In this document: in pieces, positions 17,715-26,912 of the stretch
Layout of the letters: each line of letters begins with the position of its first letter
How positions within the stretch are numbered: position 1 is the first letter of the stretch
Assembly (NCBI GenBank): GCA_035545915.1
Contig: DASZXL010000022.1
Span: 1-48,831 of the forward strand
DNA: 48,831 nucleotides
Source: Minisyncoccota bacterium
Lineage (GTDB): Bacteria > Patescibacteriota > Minisyncoccia > Phycocordibacterales > UBA6065
Direction of reading: 5' to 3'
Translations under genes and position numbers: made by a program
The notes under the pieces: generated by a model
What the model was told of the DNA's origin: nothing
The model's database searches: none
Seen by the model: only the letters and a program-made list of their open reading frames with translations

Positions 17715-18249
17715 CCGCCTTCACGAGATAGTGGTGCGGCTTCAGTTCGTTCCTGCCGAAATGGATGATCTCGGCGGATGAGAATCCCTTGAAAAGCTCG
17801 CCGAGGCCCTGGCGGGTGAAGCGCCAATAGTCGCCGTACTCTTCGCCGTGAAGTTCGGCAGAAAAGGGGGTTGATATAAACGCACGACCCTCTGGGGCGA
17901 GGACGCGGTGGATCTCCGCAGCAGCCCTAAAAGGATCCTTCACGTGTTCGAGAACCTCAAAACAAAATATGGCGTCGAACTCTCCGTCCTTGAACGGCGT
18001 GGCGAGGATGTCGCCGCGCACGTCAGCTTTGCCCATCTGATCCATAGTCGTCACATCTCTGAAATTATCCTTAGCCCACGATCCGTAGGCCGAACCGATG
18101 TCGAGTATCTTACCCGAGAGGTCTTTCGGGATATGCGCATAGAGTTCCGGCCTGTCGCCATTCTTGCCGTAGGTATATTCGGTCATGTCGACTTTATAGA
18201 GTCGGTGACCCGTCAGCTTGAATATGATGTTGTTGATGAAAAGCTTCAT
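17707..18249 (-). CDS. Class I SAM-dependent methyltransferase
   Basis: 180 aa. Motifs: ILDIGSAYGSW, FDAIFCFEVLEHVKDP, LAPEGRAFISTPF. Its 3' end overlaps the convergent E1-beta gene by 8 nt. Confidence 0.8.
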   Translation of the reverse strand: MKLFINNIIFKLTGHRLYKVDMTEYTYGKNGDRPELYAHIPKDLSGKILDIGSAYGSWAKDNFRDVTTMDQMGKADVRGDILATPFKDGEFDAIFCFEVLEHVKDPFRAAAEIHRVLAPEGRAFISTPFSAELHGEEYGDYWRFTRQGLGELFKGFSSAEIIHFGRNELKPHHYLVKAVK

Positions 18250-18264
18250 CGGTGATGCGCGCCG

Positions 18265-19524
18265 CTATTTCGTCTTAGCCGTCTTGTATTTGAGCGCCAC
18301 GGCGAGCTTGCCCGGATGCTTGCCGTTATAGACGATCGACTGAGGATTCTCCGCCGCGTCGATGATTTCGAAATTGATACCCTGCTTCATGTCGAAATTC
18401 TCGACGCCAGGGCGGTGGAGGCGGGTATCGATGTAGTACATGCCGACGTTAAGCAGGTTCGGCGGCACTTTGACCGATGTCTTATATTTTCCTGGTTCGA
18501 AATCGCCGACACTTGCTGTTGTATCTGACTCAGAAGAGAAGAGGAGAATGTCTCCTTCCGCATAGAATATGACCGATGGCGTCATTTTGACGGGGGAGGA
18601 GATCTCGTAGTCCATCTCTATGGTGAAACCTTCGTTCACCGTCATGCGCGTGGCCGGCTGGCCTGCGGCATTCATGATGCTGACCTTGGTCACCTGCGCT
18701 TTTTTGCCAGGCTCGAGAGGGAATTCGTTCATCGAGCTCATCTCGGCGCTGTTGAGATAGCGAGTGATAACCCTCTCGGTCTCGTCGAACATCTTCACCT
18801 GGCCCTTTTCGATGAGGACAGTCTTCTTGCAGAGGCGCTTCACGGCCGACAGATTGTGGCTCACAAAGAGGATCGTGCGGCCCTGCTTGCGGGTCACCTC
18901 TTCCATCTTGCCCATGCATTTCTTCTGGAATTCGGCGTCGCCTACGGCGAGCACTTCGTCTACGAGGAGTATGTCCGGCTCCATATGCGATGCGACGGAG
19001 AAGGCAAGGCGCACGTACATGCCCGATGAATAGTATTTGACCGGCGTATCGAGAAATTTCTCTATCTCGGCGAATTCGACGATGGAGTCGAAGTTGTCCG
19101 CGATCTCTTTTTTAGTCATGCCGAGGATGGCGCCGTTCAGGAATATGTTCTCGCGGCCCGTTAATTCAGGATGGAAGCCGGTGCCGATCTCGAGGAGGGA
19201 CGCGACGCGGCCGCGCATCTTGATCTCGCCGGTCGTCGGCGGGGTGATGCCGGTCAATATTTTAAGGAGCGTCGATTTGCCTGCGCCGTTTCGGCCGATG
19301 ATGCCGATGATCTCGCCTTGTTCGACGTTAAAGCTCACGTCCCGAAGCGCCCAGAAGTCCTCGCGGGTCTTTATGCCGGCGACCCGCTTGGCTTTATCCT
19401 TGGCGAAGCTGAAGGGTCTCCTCATGACGTTCATGAGGACGTCGCGGAGCGCGATGTAGCCGCCCTGCCCATGCCGGATGTCGTATCTCTTGCCGATGCC
19501 TTTTACTTCGATGATAGGTTCCAT
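18265..19524 (-). CDS. wzt: Polysaccharide/teichoic-type ABC exporter ATP-binding protein (Wzt/TagH-like) with a ~170 aa C-terminal extension
   Basis: 419 aa. Walker A is GIIGRNGAGKSTLLK, the signature is YSSGMYVRLAF and Walker B is ILLVDEVLAVGD. The C-terminus (from about VITRYLNS) looks beta-rich, like the Wzt C-terminal glycan-binding domain. Confidence 0.8.
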   Translation of the reverse strand: MEPIIEVKGIGKRYDIRHGQGGYIALRDVLMNVMRRPFSFAKDKAKRVAGIKTREDFWALRDVSFNVEQGEIIGIIGRNGAGKSTLLKILTGITPPTTGEIKMRGRVASLLEIGTGFHPELTGRENIFLNGAILGMTKKEIADNFDSIVEFAEIEKFLDTPVKYYSSGMYVRLAFSVASHMEPDILLVDEVLAVGDAEFQKKCMGKMEEVTRKQGRTILFVSHNLSAVKRLCKKTVLIEKGQVKMFDETERVITRYLNSAEMSSMNEFPLEPGKKAQVTKVSIMNAAGQPATRMTVNEGFTIEMDYEISSPVKMTPSVIFYAEGDILLFSSESDTTASVGDFEPGKYKTSVKVPPNLLNVGMYYIDTRLHRPGVENFDMKQGINFEIIDAAENPQSIVYNGKHPGKLAVALKYKTAKTK

Positions 19525-19533
19525 ATGCGTGGT

Positions 19534-20376
19534 TTAGAGTATGTCGGCGAAATAGCGCTCGACCTTCTTGAAATAGATCGTGCCGATGATGAGGACGACG
19601 AGGCAGACCGAAAACGACAGGCCGAGGAGCGTCCAGTTGACCGGCGTCGTGCCGAGGAGCGCCGCCCGCGCCGACTGAATAACGCCCGTCATCGGGTTGA
19701 GGGCGAGGAGCCACGAAAATTTGCCCGCGATCGACGCAGGATATATGACGGGCGTGAGGAAGAGGAGTATCTGGATGAAGAACGGTAGCGCGTGGCGGAC
19801 GTCGCGGTATTTGACGTTCACCGCGGCAAGGAAGAGGCCGCCGCCGACGGATGCCATGAATGCGATAGCGAGGAGCACTGGCAGGAGCCAGAGTCCGGCG
19901 AAATGAGGCACGAATCCGTAATAGAGCATGAGGCCGACGAGTACGATCGCCGCGACCCCGAAGTCGACGAGCTTGGTGATCACGCCGCTTATCGGCAGGA
20001 TGAGGCGAGGGAAGTAGACCTTGGTTATGATCGGCTGGTTCGATATGAGGGTATTCGACGTCTCGGTGAGCGCGCCCGAGAAGAACTGCCAGAAGAGGAG
20101 GCCGACATAGACGAATATGGGATACGGCACCCCGTCGGAAGGCACCTGCGCAAGCTGGCCGAAGAACACGCTGAACACTACCATCGTGATGAGCGGCTGG
20201 AGGAGTGCCCAGAGGACGCCGATGAGTGTTTGTTTATAGCGGACTTTGAGGTCGCGCCAGGTAAAGAAATAGAGGAGCTCGCGATATCGCCAGAGCTCCC
20301 TCATGTCCTCCCATGAAAAGGTCTTCTTCGGGCGGATGATGGTCGTGGGGGCAGTCATACCGGTGCAGTCTATCAT
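19534..20376 (-). CDS. wzm: ABC-2 type polysaccharide exporter permease (Wzm/TagG-like)
   Basis: 280 aa with 6 hydrophobic segments. Motif: WRYRELLYFFTWRDLKVRYKQTLIGVLWALLQPL. Confidence 0.8.
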   Translation of the reverse strand: MIDCTGMTAPTTIIRPKKTFSWEDMRELWRYRELLYFFTWRDLKVRYKQTLIGVLWALLQPLITMVVFSVFFGQLAQVPSDGVPYPIFVYVGLLFWQFFSGALTETSNTLISNQPIITKVYFPRLILPISGVITKLVDFGVAAIVLVGLMLYYGFVPHFAGLWLLPVLLAIAFMASVGGGLFLAAVNVKYRDVRHALPFFIQILLFLTPVIYPASIAGKFSWLLALNPMTGVIQSARAALLGTTPVNWTLLGLSFSVCLVVLIIGTIYFKKVERYFADIL

Positions 20377-20439
20377 TTTTATGCGCTGTTTGTAATCGTT
20401 GGCCGGCGGAAAACGTTACAAATAGGCCGTGCCCTGTGA

Positions 20440-20445
20440 TATATT
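20440..20445 (+). promoter_or_regulatory. -10-like box TATATT, 7 nt upstream of the ATG at 20453 (candidate leaderless)
   Basis: The sequence reads gtgaTATATTtgaatccATG. A possible -35 TTACAA lies 18 nt upstream. Confidence 0.4.
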
Positions 20446-20452
20446 TGAATCC

Positions 20453-22630
20453 ATGACGCTCAACACCATATTGAAACGAACGGCCGTCGCTAGTGTCTTC
20501 GCGGTATTTATCATCCCTTTCATCGTACCCGGCAACATGTTCTTCCCGTTCATCACGGGCAAGGGCTTCCTGTTTAGGGCGTTCGTCGAGATAGGCTTCG
20601 CGGCATGGCTCCTTCTGTCGCTTCGCGACGCCTCGGCGCGGCCTCGTAAGTCATGGATGCTCTGGGCGTTCGTCGCGTTCGTCGGCGTGATCGGAATAGC
20701 CGACATATTCGGCGTGAATCCGTGGAAGAGCTTCTGGTCTAATTTCGAGCGTATGGAAGGCTATATCACCATCCTCCACCTCTTCCTCTATTTCATCGTC
20801 GCTTCGGCAGTCCTTTCGACGGAAAAACTCTGGAAGCGATTCCTCGAATGGTCGGTATGGTCGAGCTTCGCCATGACGCTCTATGGATTCGCCCAGCTCG
20901 GCGGCGTGTTCCAGATCAATCAGGGCGGCGTCCGCGTCGACGGTACGTTCGGCAATGCGACGTATCTCGCCATATATATGGTGTTCAATATCTTCTTCGC
21001 GCTCATTCTCGTGAACCGCGATAAGGCGATATGGAAGAGGGTATCGTACGGCATCATCGCTTTCTTGAATTTCATCATCCTCTACCACACGGCTACCCGA
21101 GGATCGATCCTCGGTCTTCTGGGCGGGCTTTTGCTCTCGGGTATTCTGATCGCCGCCTTCGACAAAGGTGAAAAGAAGCTTCGTATCGTGGCTGCATCGA
21201 TCGTGGGAGCGGTGGTTCTCCTCGTCATCGGATTCATCGGCATCCGCCACACGTCATTCGTCACGGAGAGCCCGGTCCTCTCGCGCTTCGCGTCGATATC
21301 GTGGGCAGATACGCAGACGCAGGCTCGCGCATATATATGGCCGATGGCTATCGAAGGCTGGAAGGAGAGGCCGGTATTCGGCTGGGGCCAGGAGAATTTC
21401 AACTACATATTCAACAAGGATTACGATCCGCGCATGTATGCGCAGGAGCAGTGGTTCGATCATGCCCATAATTCGGTCCTTGACTGGCTCGTTGCGGGCG
21501 GGGTGCTCGGCCTTCTCGCGTATCTGTGGCTCTTCGGCGCGGCGATATGGCTCCTCTGGAAGAAGTCTGCCGATATTTCGTTTACGGAGAAAGCCTTGTT
21601 CACCGGCCTCGGCGCGGCGTATTTCTTTCATAACCTCTTCGTATTCGACAATATCGTGAGCTATATATTGTTCGGGTCGGTTCTCGCCTTTATCCATTTC
21701 AAGGCGACGAGGCTCGAAAAGCCGATCGGCGGCGATGCGCAGGAGATCGAGACTGACGACGTGAAGATGGCCGGCCCCATTGTCCTCGTCGCGCTCGCAT
21801 TCGCTCTCTGGTTCTTCAACTGGCGCGGATACGAGACGAATATCTACCTCATAGACGCGCTTCGAGCGTCTTCGGTATCGCCGGTGCAGGGGCAGGCCGC
21901 TCTCGACGCATTCGTCCGCGCGGCGTCATACGATACGCTCGGCAGGCCTGAATTAGTCGAGAGGGTGGTGACCGCCGTACCCGCGATGAATAACAACGCC
22001 GTCTCTCTCGATGTGCGTCAGAAGTTCGCCGAGTTCGCCAAGGGTCTCGTCGATACGCAGATCCAGCGCTCGCCGGGCGATGCCCGTTACGAGACGTTCG
22101 CCGGCACGTTCTATGCCTCGTACGGCCAGACAGCCGATGCTGAGAAACATTTTGTCGCCGCGGCCGAGCTCTCGCCGAAGAAGCAGACCATCCTCTTTCA
22201 GGTCGGTAGCTTCTATCTGTCGTCCAAGCAGTCCGACAAGGCCATAGCCGCATTCAAGACCGCGTATGATCTTGATCATTCGTACGCTGATGCGGCGCGA
22301 TACTACGCTATGTCGCTCGTCTATGCCGGTCGCGAGACCGATGCACGGGCCGTTCTCCAGGGCGCGGGCCTCGATTCCTCCATGGCCGACGATGATTTCC
22401 TTCGCGCATATATCGATAGCGGCAATTGGGCCAAGGCTATCGCTCTCTTGAAGGCGCGCATCGTCGCGAATCCTAAGGATACGTCGAGCATGCAGAATCT
22501 CGCAGGCGTCTATTATCAGTCGGGCAATAAGGCCATGGCCGTCCTTATGTTCAGGCAAATAGAGGCTGTCGATCCGAGTCTCAAGCCGCAGATCGATCAA
22601 TATATTCAGGCTATTCAGAACGGCCAGTAA
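20453..22630 (+). CDS. O-antigen ligase/polymerase-family (Wzy_C/WaaL-like) membrane protein with C-terminal TPR repeats
   Basis: The track ORF starts at a GTG (20429); the ATG at 20453 is preferred. Motifs: YHTATRGSILGLLGG, GWGQENFNYIF and WFDHAHNSVLDWLVAGGVLGLL (the WaaL-type H-x-H-N region). The C-terminal ~250 aa are TPR-like (e.g. AEKHFVAAAELSPKK, AIAAFKTAYDLDHSYADA). Confidence 0.75.
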   Translation: MTLNTILKRTAVASVFAVFIIPFIVPGNMFFPFITGKGFLFRAFVEIGFAAWLLLSLRDASARPRKSWMLWAFVAFVGVIGIADIFGVNPWKSFWSNFERMEGYITILHLFLYFIVASAVLSTEKLWKRFLEWSVWSSFAMTLYGFAQLGGVFQINQGGVRVDGTFGNATYLAIYMVFNIFFALILVNRDKAIWKRVSYGIIAFLNFIILYHTATRGSILGLLGGLLLSGILIAAFDKGEKKLRIVAASIVGAVVLLVIGFIGIRHTSFVTESPVLSRFASISWADTQTQARAYIWPMAIEGWKERPVFGWGQENFNYIFNKDYDPRMYAQEQWFDHAHNSVLDWLVAGGVLGLLAYLWLFGAAIWLLWKKSADISFTEKALFTGLGAAYFFHNLFVFDNIVSYILFGSVLAFIHFKATRLEKPIGGDAQEIETDDVKMAGPIVLVALAFALWFFNWRGYETNIYLIDALRASSVSPVQGQAALDAFVRAASYDTLGRPELVERVVTAVPAMNNNAVSLDVRQKFAEFAKGLVDTQIQRSPGDARYETFAGTFYASYGQTADAEKHFVAAAELSPKKQTILFQVGSFYLSSKQSDKAIAAFKTAYDLDHSYADAARYYAMSLVYAGRETDARAVLQGAGLDSSMADDDFLRAYIDSGNWAKAIALLKARIVANPKDTSSMQNLAGVYYQSGNKAMAVLMFRQIEAVDPSLKPQIDQYIQAIQNGQ

Positions 22631-22654
22631 TTCGAGCGCCGCGCACACACGATC

Positions 22655-23716
22655 GTGAAGATATCAGAGAACATTCCTCTCGCTCCATATACAACCTTTA
22701 ACGTCGGCGGTTCGGCGCGATATTTCGCCGTAACGCGGAGCGAAGCTGAGATACAGGAAGCGATCGCTTTCGCTCACGAAAAGGGCCTGTCGCTCTTCGT
22801 TTTGGGCGGCGGGTCGAATATCGTCGTCTCTGACGCCGGTTTTGGCGGGCTCGTGTTGAAAATGGAGATGAAGGGCGCTTCGCATGAGGTTCGTGATGGC
22901 TGTGTCTACGTCACAGCGTGGGCGGGTGAGTCATGGGACGATCTTGTAGCGAAGAGCGTCGAGTGGGGAGCGTGGGGTCTCGAGAATCTCTCTGCTATAC
23001 CGGGCACGGTGGGCGCCGCGCCAGTCCAGAATATCGGCGCGTACGGCACGGAGGCGATGGATGTCATCGAATCGGTTTCGGTCATCGACCGCGAGACCGG
23101 CGCGGCGCGCGTCCTCAGCAACCGCGAATGCGGATTCTCCTATCGCGACAGCGTATTCAAGACCGATGCGGGCAAGAAATGGATCATCATATCCGTCACG
23201 TTTAAGCTTTCGGCGACGCCGAAGCCGAATCTCTCATATAAAGACCTTAAGGAATATTTTTCTGCTACGCTCGCCGCAGTGGTTGCGGTCTCTCAATCCG
23301 ATATTCGCGATGCGGTGACAAAGATCCGCGCAGGAAAATTCCCTGATATGTCCAAAGTCGGGACGGCGGGATCGTTCTGGAAGAATCCGATCATATCGCG
23401 CGATGCATACGATGCTCTGGCGGCGCGCTTTCCAGGCATCCCGTCTTTTCCGGCCGATGCGCCCGCAGGCACGCGCGAGGTCTCTTCAGATGATGCTCGC
23501 GTCAAAATCCCTTTGGCCTGGATACTTGATAAAGTCTGCGATCTCAAAGGATATTCAACGGATAATGTCGGACTCTTTAAAAATCAACCCCTTGTCGTTG
23601 TCGCTTATACGGATGCCACTGCCGCCGAGATCCGCGTCTTTGAAGAGAGCGTGCGTCTCATCGTGAAAAAGAAGACGGGAATAGATATGGAGCCGGAAGT
23701 GGGTTTTGTGGCGTAG
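22655..23716 (+). CDS. murB: UDP-N-acetylenolpyruvoylglucosamine reductase
   Basis: 353 aa with a GTG start. Motifs: NIPLAPYTTFNVGGSARYF, FVLGGGSNIV, AIPGTVGAAPVQNIGAYG. Confidence 0.85.
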   Translation: MKISENIPLAPYTTFNVGGSARYFAVTRSEAEIQEAIAFAHEKGLSLFVLGGGSNIVVSDAGFGGLVLKMEMKGASHEVRDGCVYVTAWAGESWDDLVAKSVEWGAWGLENLSAIPGTVGAAPVQNIGAYGTEAMDVIESVSVIDRETGAARVLSNRECGFSYRDSVFKTDAGKKWIIISVTFKLSATPKPNLSYKDLKEYFSATLAAVVAVSQSDIRDAVTKIRAGKFPDMSKVGTAGSFWKNPIISRDAYDALAARFPGIPSFPADAPAGTREVSSDDARVKIPLAWILDKVCDLKGYSTDNVGLFKNQPLVVVAYTDATAAEIRVFEESVRLIVKKKTGIDMEPEVGFVA

Positions 23717-23742
23717 GGGGTCTCAAAGAGGTCCTAATATGC

Positions 23743-23748
23743 TAGAAT
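23743..23748 (+). promoter_or_regulatory. -10-like box TAGAAT, 8 nt upstream of the secA ATG (candidate leaderless)
   Basis: The sequence reads gcTAGAATagcgccctATG. Confidence 0.4.
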
Positions 23749-23756
23749 AGCGCCCT

Positions 23757-26321
23757 ATGGCATCTTTCCTTACGAAGCTGTTCGGAGACCGGAATACGAA
23801 CGATTTGAAGCCTTTTTTGACATTAGTGCCCCAGATAAACGCTCTCGAGGAGAGCTTCAAGACCCTTTCCGACGCGGATCTGAAGGCTAAGACCGCCTCG
23901 TTCAAAGAGCGCCTTGCCCTAGGGGAGACCGAGGACGATATATTGCCAGAGGCCTTCGCGGCGGTCCGCGAAGCGGCCCGCCGCACCCTCGGCCAGCGCC
24001 ATTTCGACGTACAGCTCGTCGGCGGCGCCATTTTACATAGATCGGGCATCGCGGAGATGCGCACCGGCGAAGGCAAGACTCTCGTTGCCACGCTCCCGGC
24101 GTATCTCAACGCGCTTTCGGGCCATGGCGTCCATGTCGTCACGGTGAACGACTATCTGTCGCGCCGCGATGCCGCATGGATGGGGCAGGTCTACGATTTT
24201 CTCGGCCTTACCTGCGCCGTCATCAATCATGAGGCGTCGTATCTGTACGACCCTGCGCATAGGAGCGCGCCTACGCCGTTCGATGCGCCGGCAGGAACCG
24301 ATGAAGCGGATAAAAAGCGCGACGAGACCGGCGCGTTCAAGGTCGCCCACGAATTCCTCAGGCCATGCTCGCGCAAGGAAGCCTATGCCGCGGATATCAC
24401 GTACGGCACGAATCAGGAATTCGGTTTCGATTATCTGCGCGACAATCTCGAGTATTCGCCCGAGAATCTCCGCCAGCGCGAATGGAACTACGCGGTCGTC
24501 GACGAAGTCGACTCCATTCTCATCGACGAGGCACGAACGCCGCTCATTATATCGTCGGCGACGGCGGAATCAGAGGATCTCTACAAGACGTTCGCGCAGA
24601 TCGCGACGAATCTCGTCAAAGACGTCGATTTCAAAGTCGACGAGAAGCGCAAGGCGATCCAGCTCACCGACGAGGGCATCACCAAGGCCGAAAAGCTCCT
24701 CGGTATCGACAATATATATACTGACCGGGGCGTGAAATATGTCCATCACCTCGAGACCGCCATACGCGCCAAGGCTTTGTTCCATAAGGATAAGGAATAC
24801 GTCGTCAATTCAGGCCAAGTCGTGATCGTCGATGAGTTCACCGGCCGTCTCCAGCCCGGTCGTCGCTGGTCAGAAGGCCTTCATCAGGCTATCGAGGCGA
24901 AAGAGGGCGCGACCATCCAGAAGGAGACGCGCACCTATGCGTCCATCACGTATCAGAATTTTTTCAGGCTCTATAAAAAGCTTTCGGGTATGACGGGAAC
25001 CGCCATCACGTCGCGCGAAGAATTCTTCAAGGTCTACGGGCTCAATACCATAGCTGTTCCGACCAATAAACCGGTATCTCGCATCGACAGGAACGATCAG
25101 ATATTCCAGACCGAGACCGGCAAATTCAAGGCCATCGCCCGCAAAGTCAAAGAGGTGAATCAGAAGGGCCAGCCCGTCCTCATCGGCACCGTCTCGATCG
25201 AGAAGAATGAGCTCCTCTCCGACTATCTGCGTCGCGAAGGCGTGAAGCACGAGGTCCTGAACGCCAAGAACCACGAGAGGGAAGGCGAAATCATCGCGCA
25301 GGCGGGCAGGATCGGCGCGGTGACGATTGCCACTAACATGGCGGGCCGCGGCGTCGACATAAAATTAGGCGGCGCGCTCGCGTCCAAAGACGATGCCGAG
25401 AAAGTCCGTACCGCCGGCGGTCTTTTCGTACTCGGTACCGAGCGCCACGAGGCGCGTCGTATCGACAATCAGCTCCGCGGCCGTTCAGGCCGCCAAGGCG
25501 ATCAGGGCGAGACGCAGTTTTTTGTATCGCTCGAAGACAGCCTCATGCGCGTATTCGCGACGGATATGGTGAAAAGGATGATGGGCCGCTTCGGCATAGC
25601 CGAGGATGAGCCGATAGAGAACGGCATGATCACGCGTTCGCTCGAGACCGCGCAGACGAGGATAGAAGGCTTCAATTTCGACGCCCGAAAACACGTCCTC
25701 GAATACGACGACGTGATGAATCTCCATCGAAAGACCATATACGATCGCCGCAGGAAGATGCTTGTAGGCGCGGACGATACCGTCATCGCCGAATTGAACG
25801 CTCTCATCGACGAATCGTCGGAAGAGGGCGCGAAGATCGCCGCCGATATCAAAGCGAAGCGCTCCGCTATGGGCGATCAGGCATTCGCTGCGGTTCTGAG
25901 GAGGCTCTTCCTCCAGTCGATCGACATGTTCTGGGTCGAGCACCTCGAAGCCATGGAATATCTCCGTTCCTCGGTGAACCTCCGCGCATACGGCCAGCGC
26001 GATCCGCTCATCGAATATAAACGCGAGGGTCTCGCACTCTTTAAATCTATGCAGATGTCGATCAATGCCCAGCTCGTCAATCTTTTGCAGGGCATCGGCG
26101 CGCCGGGCGCGACGACATCCGTCGATATGAAGCCCCTCAATACCGTCGAAAGCGATGCTAAGGGCATTCTCGGCAATAGCGCCGCGAACGCGGCGGGAGC
26201 GGCTGACAAAATGGGCCGAAACGACAAAATAGTTATCACCAAGGGCTCTGAGGAAAAAGAGGTAAAATATAAGAAGCTCGATTCATACCTTAAGGACGGC
26301 TGGGTGGAGAAGAAATCTTAG
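23757..26321 (+). CDS. secA: Preprotein translocase ATPase SecA
   Basis: 854 aa. Motifs: RHFDVQLVGGAILHRSGIAEMRTGEGKTLVATLPAYLNAL, VDEVDSILIDEARTPLIIS, TNMAGRGVDIKLGG, RIDNQLRGRSGRQGD. Confidence 0.95.
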   Translation: MASFLTKLFGDRNTNDLKPFLTLVPQINALEESFKTLSDADLKAKTASFKERLALGETEDDILPEAFAAVREAARRTLGQRHFDVQLVGGAILHRSGIAEMRTGEGKTLVATLPAYLNALSGHGVHVVTVNDYLSRRDAAWMGQVYDFLGLTCAVINHEASYLYDPAHRSAPTPFDAPAGTDEADKKRDETGAFKVAHEFLRPCSRKEAYAADITYGTNQEFGFDYLRDNLEYSPENLRQREWNYAVVDEVDSILIDEARTPLIISSATAESEDLYKTFAQIATNLVKDVDFKVDEKRKAIQLTDEGITKAEKLLGIDNIYTDRGVKYVHHLETAIRAKALFHKDKEYVVNSGQVVIVDEFTGRLQPGRRWSEGLHQAIEAKEGATIQKETRTYASITYQNFFRLYKKLSGMTGTAITSREEFFKVYGLNTIAVPTNKPVSRIDRNDQIFQTETGKFKAIARKVKEVNQKGQPVLIGTVSIEKNELLSDYLRREGVKHEVLNAKNHEREGEIIAQAGRIGAVTIATNMAGRGVDIKLGGALASKDDAEKVRTAGGLFVLGTERHEARRIDNQLRGRSGRQGDQGETQFFVSLEDSLMRVFATDMVKRMMGRFGIAEDEPIENGMITRSLETAQTRIEGFNFDARKHVLEYDDVMNLHRKTIYDRRRKMLVGADDTVIAELNALIDESSEEGAKIAADIKAKRSAMGDQAFAAVLRRLFLQSIDMFWVEHLEAMEYLRSSVNLRAYGQRDPLIEYKREGLALFKSMQMSINAQLVNLLQGIGAPGATTSVDMKPLNTVESDAKGILGNSAANAAGAADKMGRNDKIVITKGSEEKEVKYKKLDSYLKDGWVEKKS

Positions 26322-26333
26322 ATCGAGTTCCCT

Positions 26334-26900
26334 ATGCTTGAAGTAATACTCGCTCAGTATGGTCTTATAGCCGTCTTCATCGGCACCTTCTTCGAAGGCG
26401 AGCTCGTGGTCATCGCCGCGGGCGTGCTCGCATCGCTCCAATTCCTGCCTCTTTCGGCGGTACTCGTCGTCGCATTTCTCGCGACCTTTCTCGGCGACCA
26501 GCTCTTCTTCTTCCTCGGCAGGCATAAAGGGACCGCCTTCCTCGAGAAGCGCGGCAGGAGGCATTGGAGGAGGCGCGCCGAGAAGGTCCACGATCTCATC
26601 CACAACCATCAAAACAAGATCCTCTTCGGCTACCGATTCCTCTATGGCCTGCGCATACCGACTTTGTTCGCTTTGGGCACGAGCGAGCTCCCGACCAAGA
26701 AATTCGTGCTCCTTAACCTCGCGAACTCGATACTCTGGACCGCGCTCTTCGTTCTCGGCGGCTATTTCTTCGGCGACGTCTTCATCTCGTATTTCGATAA
26801 GGCCAAATTCTATTCGCAGGAGATCGTCATAGGCGCGATCGTATTCGCCCTCATCATCTGGGTCGGTTCATGGCTCAAGAATAGGGAAGAATACAATTAG
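26334..26900 (+). CDS. DedA/SNARE-associated family membrane protein
   Basis: 188 aa. Motifs: YGLIAVFIGTFFEGE and FGYRFLYGLRIPT. Confidence 0.75.
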   Translation: MLEVILAQYGLIAVFIGTFFEGELVVIAAGVLASLQFLPLSAVLVVAFLATFLGDQLFFFLGRHKGTAFLEKRGRRHWRRRAEKVHDLIHNHQNKILFGYRFLYGLRIPTLFALGTSELPTKKFVLLNLANSILWTALFVLGGYFFGDVFISYFDKAKFYSQEIVIGAIVFALIIWVGSWLKNREEYN

Positions 26901-26912
26901 ATCGAGCGGAGC

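Noticed and set aside
23714-23727. A shared motif, TAGG-n-GGTCTCAAA, immediately after the stop codons of murB (23714) and murJ (43087).
   Set aside because: There are only two copies. A 9- to 12-nt match among a few kb of intergenic DNA is only marginally unexpected, and no consistent hairpin or promoter geometry is shared. It is worth a genome-wide motif count but is not supportable here.
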